64,000 bases of DNA from Marsupella aquatica (Eukaryota > Plantae > Marchantiophyta): contig OZ316899.1 in NCBI GenBank assembly GCA_973895155.1, forward strand, positions 62,001 through 126,000, given 5' to 3'. The notes under the pieces are model-generated. The model did no database searches. It saw only the letters and a list, made by a program, of their open reading frames with translations, and was not told the origin of the DNA. Below are positions 52,401 through 63,900 of the stretch, in pieces; position 1 is the first letter of the stretch; every line of letters begins with the position of its first letter. The translations under genes were made by a program, and so were the position numbers.

Positions 52401-53979
52401 TGCACAAAAGTACATATATATTGAATAAAAACGTTTTCAAGTTTGAAAGTGGAAGCCATGGGATGTCATTTCTAAAAGTGTTTCCATTTGGGAATTCTTA
52501 GTGATAGAAAAGTGGTCAAAAGGCAACAAAAACAACTTGATTACGCCAAAATAACTTTAAAGAATGAGTTGGGGGAAGGAAGGAGAGGTCGAATTTGTGC
52601 TGCATGCAAACCCTGAACCCTGAACCCTGAACCCTATCCCCTAAAACTGAAATCCCAAAAATTTGTGGTCCAAAAGGAGTGCATTGTACCAAGTGAAGTG
52701 ATATCCGGGCACTTGTTCAAATTTGTCGGCAGGGAAGACTGCAGAAGTTGTTGAAGCAAGAAATCAATGAGAAAAAAAAATTGAAAAAATGAGTTGTGGG
52801 TGGAGAGGAGAGGTACCGGTAGAAGTCGTGTGGCAGGGTAAGTTTTCTCTCTCGTCCCCATCCCCCACCCCACATATCGCTGTCCCCGACTGCATTGTTA
52901 TTGCAAGATTGTGGGAGAAAAACAAAAAGTCTGGAAAAAATACGTGATTCAACCTCCCTAAACCCTAAACTATTAAACCTTTTTTTTTCTACCTAGGATA
53001 AATGAGAAATTTCATAATTAAACCATTTAGGCTAGGAATACCCAATGCCAGGTCTCTTGTCTTTAAAGATACATATATCTTACTTGTAAAGCGCAAAATG
53101 CAAGCTACAGTTGGGGCCTAGGTTTCTAGAGTGAAGCCCTAACTCCATGGCTCATATTCTGGATGGAAAATTCATGACTACTAGCCCCCACTACCCGTTC
53201 TTTTCACGTAAATAGAAGGGAGTACAATATAAATGACACCAAACATAGTCCTTATTCACATTCTTTGAGATTAATGAAAGAAAGAAAGAAATAAAACATC
53301 ATCCATGTCATCATTTTAATAATTATCCATAACAAACCATACTCTTTTCTATGCACATCCCTCTTTCTATGCACATATGTTATTCTACTCACTATATATA
53401 TACAATCCCGCCCTTTTTTACTTATCGTCTGCTTACAAAATGCAGTTTTGGAGGGAACTCATTAATATGACCCTTGGATATAGATTATAGCATGCTCATC
53501 CTGGAACATGCTTTATTTTTTTGTCTTGTAGTGATGTGAAAGTAAATAAAATATGAGAGCATAGAAGTGCTGTTATATAAGTAAAGTGTCTGCCAAGAAA
53601 AGCACAGTACGTGACCAAGAAAAGGTACAATCAAACGATGCTACGATATGTGCACCTAACTCAGGGTGCCTTATGAATGACACTCCTTTCAATCCATAAA
53701 CCTATGAAAGAAAAACATGAGGAGAACTTAAGAGGCTATGCATTCATGTGCTTCATCATCATTTCTCTCACTCGTGGCGGTGGAGACTTTGGATTCATCT
53801 CTAAGAAAACACATACTGTGAAAGGGGGCTGCCAAAATAAGTTCAGAACACTCTAGAATACCTAAAACTAAAGGGGTCTAAAAATTAATTAAAAATGTAT
53901 AGAATACAAAGGCTGCCCCTTGATAAGGCAGATTGGAATGAAAATACATGACACAAAAATCAGAATAAGAAATGTGCAT

Positions 53980-54801
53980 TCTCTTCGTCTGCTTAGAAAA
54001 TGCAGTTTTGGAGGGAACTCATTAATATGACCCTTGGATTTAAGGCCTAAATATTCCTGTCCATGAGATTGGGTGCAAGGAAGAATAAAGACTCTCTCCT
54101 AGCTTGGGACACGGATGCGCTTTCACCCACATCTAGACTATGGCACTAACATCCATAAAAGGATTCTAATATCAAAGTGACTGGAAATTCAATGTGAGTT
54201 GACCTGTGGCTATAATGGATAGGTGGATCTAACAAGAAAATCTAGGTAGACTCACATAACTTTTGGACACATGTTTGTCGCATTCAATTAAAGTATACAT
54301 ATAGAAAAAGAACAATACAAATTAGAGGTTTCAGTTCAAAAGACATAATTCATAGGAAGGTGGAAAAAAGGCTATTGAGGGGAGAACTAAATTAATTTCT
54401 TATTTTTTCTATTCTCTCTATGAGGAATTTCTTCAAACTTACATTATTTAACACTAAATCCTAATGCGTTTTTGCAATAACCATATTGACCAAGGACACA
54501 AATGAATGGCCCCACACATAAAAACGGCCACAACAATGACAATGAGTTTATTAACTAGACATCTTTCATCGCCTCAATATCTTTAAGGTTCTCTCCTTGA
54601 TATCTTGCCTCACCTCGACATCTTTTCTCATCTTGATATCATTTATCACCTCAAACATCTTTTTTCATCTCAACATTTTTTTTTCTCTCCTTAACATCTT
54701 TTTTCTTCTCAATATCTTTTCCCTCCTCCCCTCGTATCACCTCGACCTCGTTTTATCACATTGACATCTTTCATGCAACGCACGGGCATTGGGCTAGCTA
54801 G
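53980..54801 (+). mobile_element. Non-autonomous Helitron-like element (family copy B)
   Basis: The 5' end is TCTCTTCGTCTGCTTAGAAAATGCAGTTTTGGAGGG. The 3' end is CATGCAACGCACGGGCATTGGGCTAG(CTAG)T. Internal ACATCTTT repeats are present. Confidence 0.75.
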
Positions 54802-55645
54802 TGTAAATAGAAATGACTACAAAAAGCACGCATGATTATCATTTTCCCATCCACATCATTGATGAGCCATGGAGTTACGGTCTAGGGGCTTCTTCACTCG
54901 ATCTAGAAACCTAGGCCCCATCTGTAGCTACCACTTTGTAGTGGGCGGTTTATAAATAAAATTTCTTAGAAATTATCACAAAAAAACTTGCATGTACCAG
55001 TTGACATTTGAGTTTTTCCCATGCACATGATGGCCTAGGCCTAGTTTCTTAAAACTACACTTCAGTTGGCACTGTTATAGTAAGATAGTAAGATAACATG
55101 ATATGATATATGTCAAATGGTAATCATGCATGGTTTTTGTCAATGATTTCTATTTACATTAAAAAAATGAGCTCCATGACCCCATCATAACATATGCGCA
55201 TAGAAAGAGGGATTTGTATAGAAAAGAGTATGCTATGTTATGTATCATTATTAAAATTATGACATGCGTGACGATTTTTTTATCATTTCATAACCAGACC
55301 ACCAGAGGGAAGAGAATCCTCCTTTTGGGTAATTTTTCTTTGTATTTTTGAGTGCGTTAATTTCCCATACATCCTCCCTTCTTTTGAGGAGGGCATTATG
55401 TGAAGTATCACAAAAATAGGAAAGGTAAAACCCAAATTGTACAAGAATTGTTTTTAACTTCTTACATGCCTTTACCCGATTGCAGGCCCTTTCGCTTGGA
55501 CTTTCTATTCAGAGATTCACTTTTTCTTGTTTGTTACCTAAAAGTCACTCAAGTTTTTACGTACATTAACTGTCCTAGTTACTGGCATTGTGAGAATCTT
55601 TCTTCTACAACTATAGTACAGTATCCCGCATCCCGCCAGATTTCG

Positions 55646-56862
55646 TCCTTCGTCCCCTTATGAAATGCAGTCTTGGCGGGAATCATCCCTGGCCATTGAT
55701 ATTTTTTGAGGTCTTTGCATCACCGTTGATCGTGAAAACGAGAGGTACTTGAGGTATTTATTAGCCCTATGCAGGGCAGCTGCTGAGCTGCATACCTTCC
55801 TCTCTTGAAAGGGCGGTGGAAGCCCTGATTATGCCACACTGACACACACCTGACATCCTCAGCACTTTAATCTAGAATAGTTGTATTGTACTAGAAAGTA
55901 CAATAATTATGGCTGGTACCAGATTGTCCTTTTTTGTTCTCCCATTGGGAGTACCAGGGTACAACAATATTATAATAATTCGGAGCTACGCAAACTAAGA
56001 TGAGGGGGAAGGACGGAAGGTAGACAGGAGATTGGCCGAGAGGAAAAAAAATGGGGGAAGGGGGAATATAGAGAAAAAAAGACAGAAATTGAGTAAATGG
56101 AGAACAATTTCAAAAAGAAAGACACAATGGGAAATTAAAGAAAAGACAAATAATTATAAAGCACTATGCAAAGATGAGAGGGAGAGTAGCAAGAACTTGG
56201 CCAGCAGGGTAAACTAAGGGAAGTGGAAGAGTTAAAAGGTGTGAAAAAAAGGGAAGTGGAAAAAAGCAGAATAATCTTGTGTATTTCTGTATCATGTTTT
56301 TAATAGTATTTAAGTATTTAAAATAAGTATTAATAATTTTGAAATTCATTTTAATAAAAGTTGATTTATAGCATACTTTCTTTTACGTAATGATTGACAT
56401 CTTTTCTCCATGATATCCCTTGCACAACATCGTATTTTATGTAGTGACATTTTTTTACGCAACAACATCTTTTTTTGCAACGCATATGGAACGCATTTGC
56501 CTACATTTTCTGTGTTTGCTTTACAACTTACCCGAAACCTTGCCATCTTTGTCTCCTCTCAACATCTTTTGGGCAATGCACAGACATTTTTTGTGTCCTT
56601 TACCTCACAGCAACATCTTTCCGTAAACTCTCAACATTGGTTCATTGTGTTCGCATCTTTTTTTCACCTTGCCATCGTTTCTCTCCTCTACATCTTTTTC
56701 TCGCTTCCATTTATTTTTCTCCCGTTGACACCTTTTCTCACCTCAACATCTTTCCTCTCCTGGACATCTTGGCCTCCAGCCCTCGCCTTGGATTCTATGT
56801 CTCTCCTCAACATCTTGCACTCACCTAAAAATGTTTCGTGCAACGCACGGGCATGGGGCTAG
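55646..56862 (+). mobile_element. Non-autonomous Helitron-like element (related, ~1.2 kb, copy C)
   Basis: The 5' end is TCCTTCGTCCCCTTATGAAATGCAGTCTTGGCGGG. A 3' hairpin CGTGC-AAC-GCACG (56837-56849) is followed by GGCATGGGG-CTAG and then T. ACATCTTT repeats are shared with copies A and B. The 5' boundary is less certain. Confidence 0.7.
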
Positions 56863-57656
56863 TATCTCTTAATGCCCTCCAATGACCAGGACATTACCCT
56901 ATTCGTGTTCCACCATCTAGTCCTATATGAATCCAGCGATCTCAATTATAATTCACGCCTTTCATTGTCGTACACACACGACTGCTTCATGAATCGCAGG
57001 ATCCACTCACGCCGGGGACTGGGACCTATCCACTCACGCTTGGACTGGGACCTGCGGAGCGGAGGTTTTATTAATGATGATCGGGTACGGTTGCTCGTTC
57101 GTTTAGGCCTTAGCGAAGGTTCGGGAAGGACACAGAAGGGTATCGAAGGAGCGGGCCACTTCCCACTGCTCTTTCTTATATTCTCGCCATTTCGCGAAAA
57201 GCTCTCTCATCCTTCTGCGAAAACGCTTGCATCAGCAACTCCACAAACTCACGCGTTTTATCGATCATATTGCTAACGATTGTGGCAGAATTGCACTCGT
57301 CGAGCTTGCCCATGTCCAGCACGGCCATCTAGTTCAGGAATTCCTTTTGTCTCCCAGGGAAGTCACATTGCCGCAACGCTAGCCTCGGAAGTGGGAAATC
57401 CAGAAAGAGTTGGGACGAGCCATCCGTGGTGTCGCTAACAAACATTGCAACGAAGATCTCCAACCTCTCCTTTGAGCGGAGATATACACAGCACGAACTG
57501 TTCTTTGACGGAAGTAAATGCCTAGACATCTGGGAAGCTTTCCTTGGGCTCCAGGACCACATCTTCAGAACTACTCCAGGGGACGATTGATTTGACCCGC
57601 CACCACATTTATCACGTGCCCGTGATCGGTTCCATCAGCGAGGGCACGAGGGACTT

Positions 57657-59678
57657 ATGGCGTCGGGAGTTGGAGCGCCATCACAGCGACGGCAGCCGCA
57701 ACCCGGGAATGTAGCCGCGGCCACGGTTCCAGTAGTAGTGACATCGCCGCCACCAGCCCCGATGTTACCCTTGAGCAGTGGGCAGCAACAGCAGCAACAA
57801 CAACGGGCGACGCCGCCCAGGGCAACACCACCACCAGTTGAGCCACCATACCTGAGTTCTGACAAGGAGTCCATTCCTCTCGACAGACGACCCTCTCGCC
57901 AACCCACCCAAGCACAAATCCGAGTAGCGGCGACCCAGGTAGACCAGACGCGGGGCCAGGCTTTCCAGACATCTACACCAACGGCTGCCACCTTGCCCAC
58001 ACAGCCCGCCCGATCAGATAGTAGGGAGGATCGGGATTCCGGATTATCACACCCGACCGATCATTCCGAAAGCCGAAACCGGAACCGCAAGAGGAAGGAG
58101 CCGACGGCGTCATTGGCCCACTTACCCATGGAGGTAGCCCGGTTGACACTGCATCGGATGGGAGAAAACCTCCACCGGAAGATCCTCCATACCGCGAATG
58201 ACGCCTACATCCGGGCACAGGGATTTGAGCACCTTGTGACCCTGCCCTGGAACACGAGCTGCTACTACACTAAGGACTTCACACACTTCATCACCAACTA
58301 CAACGCAATGCAGGAAACTACAAGAGTGGAAGGACGCATGATGTCCTTATCGGAAAATAGATTGCGGAGGATCTTTGGCTTACCCGAAGGCACGGACAAG
58401 GTGGAGTCCCGTGCCCCGGGAGGAAAGGGGGCAAGGTATCACTCCTCCAATTTTCCACCAGATGGGCACGTCGACAACAGCTTCCTCATCCGAACATGCC
58501 TCAGGCCGGAGATTGCGGAGCGCCTGGAGTTCCAGAGATACGCCATCCACCTGATGGAGCCGCGACAAGACATCTCCGCTGCACAAGTAATTCAAGTGGA
58601 GAATTACAGGCCAAGGAGGTGGGCTTCCTACTTCGCGAGGAGGTTCCACGAGGAGATGGTCCGGCTGCAGAATACCTTCCACATTGGGGGCAAGGCACAT
58701 ATGGCCAGCCACATCGAGATCATCCTCCATTGGTATGCCCGATTCGATCGAGGGGGTTTAGGGTGCAATGTGACAGAAATCTTCCCGTCCGACCAATGGC
58801 CCCAGCCCGAAGCAAGGAGCCTGGTAGACACGCCGGACAACGTGAGACCGAACCCGGTGGCCGACTTGGTCGCACCTCCTCCACAGGCGGATGAGGCGAT
58901 CGGGGCCATGGATGCCCAGGGCCAGGCCATAGCCGCAATCATGGGGATTTGGGATTTTGTAACAACCATGGATCCAGAGCCGGCCCTCGAAGCCAAGCAC
59001 TCTTCCCCGGTTGACATGACCCCGGAGCAGGCCGGTTTCTCACGTCGACCAAGCCAAGATTTGCAGGGCCAAGTTCCTTGTCAGGATCCACAGTCAATTG
59101 CGGCCAAGTTTTTCATCGCCTTGCTGGGGAACGTAACCAAGAATGTCTGCCGCGAGATGGGTTCGCTCATGATGGACATCTTCACTGTGACCAAAGACGA
59201 GTACCAGACTTCCCAATGTCAGAGGGAGGATGCGGAAAACCGACGCTACACTGAGACTACCAAGGCGATCCAAGCACATTTTAAAGAGGCCAATGACAAA
59301 ATAAATGAGTATGTGGCTTTGTCATTCATCACGACCGCGGACAAGGATGCGGAGATAGCTGGGCTTCGGACCCAGATCTACGAACTAGAGGGTCGGGAGC
59401 ACAAATGGCGGACGGACATGATCGAGGAAGAAGCCACGACAGGGGTCGACGCTCTCGAGGCCGAGGTTGATCGCCTTAGGAGAGAGGTCACCGAGCAAGG
59501 CCACCTAACGGACATGCTGAAGAGTAACGTCCACGACTTGGAGGACGCCTCTCAGGACGCGGCGGAGGAGGTTGACATCATGCAGCGGGAGTTTAACTCC
59601 TTGAACCACCAGATCCGGGTCCTCCGGGAGGACAATGATCGCCTGCGGGGTCATCGGATTGAGTTTGGGAGGGACTAG
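57657..59678 (+). CDS. 673-aa protein: Pro/Gln-rich N-terminus, plant-transposon-associated domain and C-terminal coiled coil (probably element-encoded)
   Basis: Intact, intronless, GC-rich ORF. The domain at ~58221-58735 (GFEHLVTLPW..HFITNY..VEGRMMSLSENRLRRIFGLPEG..WASYFARRFHEEM..HMASHIEIILHW) aligns by eye with the N-domain of the 20739 gene. A heptad-rich C-terminus lies at ~59230-59660. Confidence 0.75.
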   Translation: MASGVGAPSQRRQPQPGNVAAATVPVVVTSPPPAPMLPLSSGQQQQQQQRATPPRATPPPVEPPYLSSDKESIPLDRRPSRQPTQAQIRVAATQVDQTRGQAFQTSTPTAATLPTQPARSDSREDRDSGLSHPTDHSESRNRNRKRKEPTASLAHLPMEVARLTLHRMGENLHRKILHTANDAYIRAQGFEHLVTLPWNTSCYYTKDFTHFITNYNAMQETTRVEGRMMSLSENRLRRIFGLPEGTDKVESRAPGGKGARYHSSNFPPDGHVDNSFLIRTCLRPEIAERLEFQRYAIHLMEPRQDISAAQVIQVENYRPRRWASYFARRFHEEMVRLQNTFHIGGKAHMASHIEIILHWYARFDRGGLGCNVTEIFPSDQWPQPEARSLVDTPDNVRPNPVADLVAPPPQADEAIGAMDAQGQAIAAIMGIWDFVTTMDPEPALEAKHSSPVDMTPEQAGFSRRPSQDLQGQVPCQDPQSIAAKFFIALLGNVTKNVCREMGSLMMDIFTVTKDEYQTSQCQREDAENRRYTETTKAIQAHFKEANDKINEYVALSFITTADKDAEIAGLRTQIYELEGREHKWRTDMIEEEATTGVDALEAEVDRLRREVTEQGHLTDMLKSNVHDLEDASQDAAEEVDIMQREFNSLNHQIRVLREDNDRLRGHRIEFGRD

Positions 59679-60160
59679 CAAGCGGGATTCACGGAAGGTG
59701 GAAGCGACGGTGTCCAGGGGACACTGGGTAGGATTAGGTTGGGATTACACGGCTGGCTTCGCTGGGGCTTAAACCCTAATTAGTGTTCCGACTATCGAAT
59801 CCTGCCATTTTAATTATGCTTCGTTTCGTAAACATTGCAGTTACAATAGTTTCCGGGACGCCAGGAGATCGGTACCTTTAGGCTTTTCTACCATTAGTTG
59901 CTAGTTTCAATGTTCACACGCAATGCGATAATCAGATAGTTCAACATTTGGTTACGCAGCTTGTTTTCCAACCATGTAGTTACAATGAAGAGAATTTTGC
60001 AAGTGTCTGTATCTCTGTGAAAGCCTGTGATGAGGAACGGAATGAGGAGAGTAAACCCGACCCGGGCGGCCCACACCAGTGATATACTGGGTGCCAAAAT
60101 GTAATCCTAAAGCATAAGTTTCAGACGCCCTAGTCAGCACCCCTAGTCAGTAGTAATAGC

Positions 60161-60188
60161 AGTAGTAGTAGTAGTAGTAGTAGTAGTA
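60161..60188 (+). repeat. (AGT)n microsatellite
   Basis: agtagtagtagtagtagtagtagtagta. Confidence 0.95.
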
Positions 60189-60518
60189 AGGAGGCAAAGG
60201 TTGAGATGGGCCACGAGCATGAACGGTCGTGGGTTTAGCATGGGTTACGACTACCCCGCCCACTAAACCCTATGCGACACTCGCGTGGGGGCATTGTTGC
60301 CACGGTTAGGTTTGTTCGCCAATTTCCACAATTTCCTGGTTACTGAGAGTGTAGGGGGGGCGGGCAGCGCTGTGAATGGTCAGTATATCGCCTTCATCAG
60401 CTGGCAACGCCCTATCGAATTCCCAGGGCGGGAAGACGTCCTTACGTGTACTAAACTGTAGCTTGTTTTGCATTGAACATGAGTCTCTGGTCGGCAACAA
60501 GGATAGAGCAAGCTCTCT

Positions 60519-61202
60519 TCATTCTTCCGATGATGGTTTCATCCTCATCACAGCTGCCGCCACCCGCTCAAAATTGTTCAGCATTCTCTCCACGTCCATT
60601 GAAAGTAGCCAAGGCTCAAATTTACTGTCATCCATTGGCATGTCAGGAAACAGCTGCCTGAGTCGACTGCGCGAGACGTCATTCCTATATGCATGCCAGA
60701 TTAGAATTCGTATCCTCTCTCCGGACAGATCGTTGCAGGTGCTGCTCCCGGATTCCCACGTGTGCACCTGGGTTCGGTAGATTTGATCAAACGGAAAGAA
60801 ACACTTGAAGCAAGCATTATTATGACGTTCTTGACTCTTCACATTACAGTTGGAAACCCGATGGCGATTGGACAGACACCGCAGGCATAACCCTCTCATT
60901 ACGCCACACTCCCTTATTCCATGATTTGCAGGGCTATGCGAGTCCTCCCAACACAGGAGACATCGCCTCCCATCACCCCCATGCCGGCGAACATACTCGA
61001 GATCAATGATATCCTTCCACATGTTTGCCTCTATCCTTATGCTCTCCGGTCTCGGAATATATACATCCTGAACAGCTGCTCCGTCTGGCCTTGTGTGATT
61101 GCCTCCACTTCGGCTTGGCGCTGACCCTTGCAGATGTGTGTACCAGGATGCCTTAACTTGTAACTTTATATTTATTTTGAAGTTACAACTGGGGTCAAAC
61201 AA
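60519..61202 (-). CDS. Cys/His-rich protein homologous to the C-terminal tail of the YR-RecQ ORF (possibly a terminal exon or remnant)
   Basis: GDGRRCLLC..H..CGVMRGLCLRCL..H...C..ACFKCFF..CNDLSGERIR...W..LFP..W..LNNF..AAA matches GDGSQCLIC..H..CPILRSLCFRCL.SH...C..TCFKCHF..CNDRTGERLR...W..FP..W..VNNF..AAA at 2652-3145. The first ~25 codons overlap a 91-bp tandem repeat and are probably non-coding. Confidence 0.7.
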   Translation of the reverse strand: MFDPSCNFKINIKLQVKASWYTHLQGSAPSRSGGNHTRPDGAAVQDVYIPRPESIRIEANMWKDIIDLEYVRRHGGDGRRCLLCWEDSHSPANHGIRECGVMRGLCLRCLSNRHRVSNCNVKSQERHNNACFKCFFPFDQIYRTQVHTWESGSSTCNDLSGERIRILIWHAYRNDVSRSRLRQLFPDMPMDDSKFEPWLLSMDVERMLNNFERVAAAVMRMKPSSEE

Positions 61203-61325
61203 TACACCGACCCTTAACTTGCGGATGTGTGTACCAGCATGCCTTAACTTGTAACCTTATATTGATTTTGAAGTTACAATTAGGGTCAAACATTACACCG
61301 ACCTCTGCATATGTGTGTACTAAAG
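61133..61325 (+). repeat. 2 x 91-bp tandem repeat plus partial third copy
   Basis: GATGTGTGTACCAG starts at 61133 and 61224. Confidence 0.85.
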
Positions 61326-63714
61326 TTTATTGCCTTAACTTGAATAATATGATATGGACCTTATAATTATAGTACCCGATTGATAATAAACTTAAGTGAA
61401 TAATTTTAGGTACAAAGAGCTTTTTGGAATCCAACAAAGGGCAAATTTCACTTTCTTAATATGTAATGCCCTAAGATAACCATAACAATATGAAACAAGA
61501 TTACAAAAGACTCATCTACCTTTCTACAAATAAATTGCAAATTACAATTACTTATAGTTTTGTTAAGATTGCATAAATCTATTGTGTTGATTCAAATAAA
61601 AGCTCTAAGTGTTATGGCAAATAATTAATATACTAATATTTGCACATCCATATATGATAATGCTACAAATTTTTAGCTAATCTGATAATTTATTTGAAAA
61701 TAAACACTATTATGATCAATATTACATAAGTGAAAATTGGATTTTAAACTATACATAGATTCCATGCTTCATTTAGCTTTACGAGTGAACAACTTTAGCA
61801 ATCACATTTATTCAACGAGGAATAAAGAGAGAAACAAACCTCTATTTCAAGCTTAGATGATAGCTTGGGGTTGTTTCTTAGTGATGCCAAAATTTGTCTA
61901 CAAACTCACACAAAATTGCTCATGTTAATTGAATGGACAAAATATCAAGTCACTTCACAAATAACAAATAAACACAAATTCTAGTCATAAAAAACATGCA
62001 CTGATATAAACATTTACCTTGATGGTAGTCACCATGAGAAATCTTAAAAAAATATCTTGTATGCCACTTGAGTGTAGCTCCCCTATGCCTTGTTCAAACA
62101 TATTCCTTGAATACACACCAAAAAAGTCATAAGCATAATGTCAAAACTCACTTGCACATTCAAGACTAATCAACTATTCTCAAAACATTAAACTATTCTA
62201 TTATTATAAAATCTCTACAAAAGTAAGGCTATGACTTTCAATTGATTAGTAAAACATACATTTAAAAAACAGAAATGAAGTTAGTATGTTTCTTCTCTCA
62301 TGAAGGTGCCTGTGTATAAAGTTACTCTCTTCCCAACATGATCATTATGATTCTACACTTATGGGTTTTTTCTTCGTTTCCATTTGCCATTAAAATTGAT
62401 GAGAATTTTGTTTTTGTCATTACTAGACAAATCATGATGAATAAATTACACTTTCCAAACAAAAAGTATACTTGTCTCCCCACAAAACAATTAAAAAACC
62501 AATGCTATAAATAGTTTTTGAGTTTATGAATTTGTTTGTTAGCCATGTCAACTTTTATTATGCAAACTTCAAATACTTTTAAAAACATCTCATAATTTTA
62601 TAGACAAGTACAATGCATAATTATCCATTGCACAAAAACATTGCAGGACAATGAAGTGCAGGTGATTGCCTAGCTCCTTGCCTCCAAGATAGTTTGTTGC
62701 TCACCCTTGTGATGAATAATTTGTCACTCGAACAAGCAAGGTGATTGCTACAGTGAGGAGTTGCAATGTGAATTACATAGAGAGGTGGAGACAAACAAAG
62801 GATGACAACATTATGAGCTCCTTCCAAATTTTTGGCACTGTATTTGGGCACATCATAGAGTTTTGGCAAACTTGATAACCAAGAAAGACCAGGAAAGAGA
62901 ATTAGTAAAACAAACAAATACAATATTACCAATGTGTTAAAAAAAATGAGTTGGACCCACATACTAGTTTTAGTTACATGTCCTCGCCCATGGTTGATGG
63001 GGGGCGGGGTCGGTCTATCTCGTGCCAAGATTTCACCACAAAATACAATAATATGGAGCCTGATGAGACCCTGCCAGGCCAAGTGAGACTCCCCAGTCCC
63101 CACAACCGCGCCGCGGACCTGGTAATGGGAAATGAAGCTTGAGCCAGACATTACATAACTGTGCCTGTCAACTGGCGGCTTAGGACTAATCATTGCAACC
63201 TAGCATTAATTACCCTTCTCAGATTCATTCGCTCGCCCTTATTTGCAAAGACGGTCCATCGCCCCTATTCAATGGGCCGACCAAAAGGATAAAGGAGTGT
63301 CATTATCATTATAATAAGGACCCTAAACCGGATTCCACCACCCTTTTTAGTGGATCATGATCAACATTATTGTATCGCTACCGTAGGGCAGTATTGTGAA
63401 CAACAACACTACTGTTCCAAGAATTTCCTTTGCAAAACTCTCAAATACCAGGCCCGTGACCGAAGCGGTCGGTCACAAAGGCTGAACCATTTTACGCGGC
63501 TTCTACAGTAGTAGATGTGTTAAAGTAAACTGTTGAAATATTCTACGCTCGATTTCGCGGATGAAAGTCGTCTTTCAGATATGGCTGATGATATTTTTCA
63601 AGTATTCATGATATAGTATAGCATGCTCATCCTGGAACATGCTTTACTTTTTGTCTTGTAGTGATATTAAGTGGACAAAATTAAAGAGTAAGACTAGAAT
63701 ACATATTAAATGTG

Positions 63715-63900
63715 AATGAAATCAAATAATATAAATAAAATACATACAATAAAAGTACATGGTGACCAATGGAAAGTACAATTTCATTACACAAAGTTGC
63801 TACGAGTTTTGCACAATGAAATCAAATAATATAAATAAAACACATGCAATAAAAGCACATAGTGACCAATGGAAAGTACAATTCTATTACACAAAGATCC
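63715..63900 (+). repeat. 2 x 100-bp tandem duplication
   Basis: ATGAAATCAAATAATATAAATAAAA...GTGACCAATGGAAAGTACAATT...ATTACACAAAG occurs twice, with anchors at 63721 and 63821. Confidence 0.9.

Noticed and set aside
52609-52636. (AACCCTG)3-4 and scattered AAACCCTAA motifs as an interstitial telomere
   Set aside because: Too few units; consistent with telo-box-like motifs common in plant DNA.
62621-63193. 190-aa minus-strand ORF as a real gene
   Set aside because: Mixed composition with an intron-like T-rich middle and no recognisable motif in any frame.
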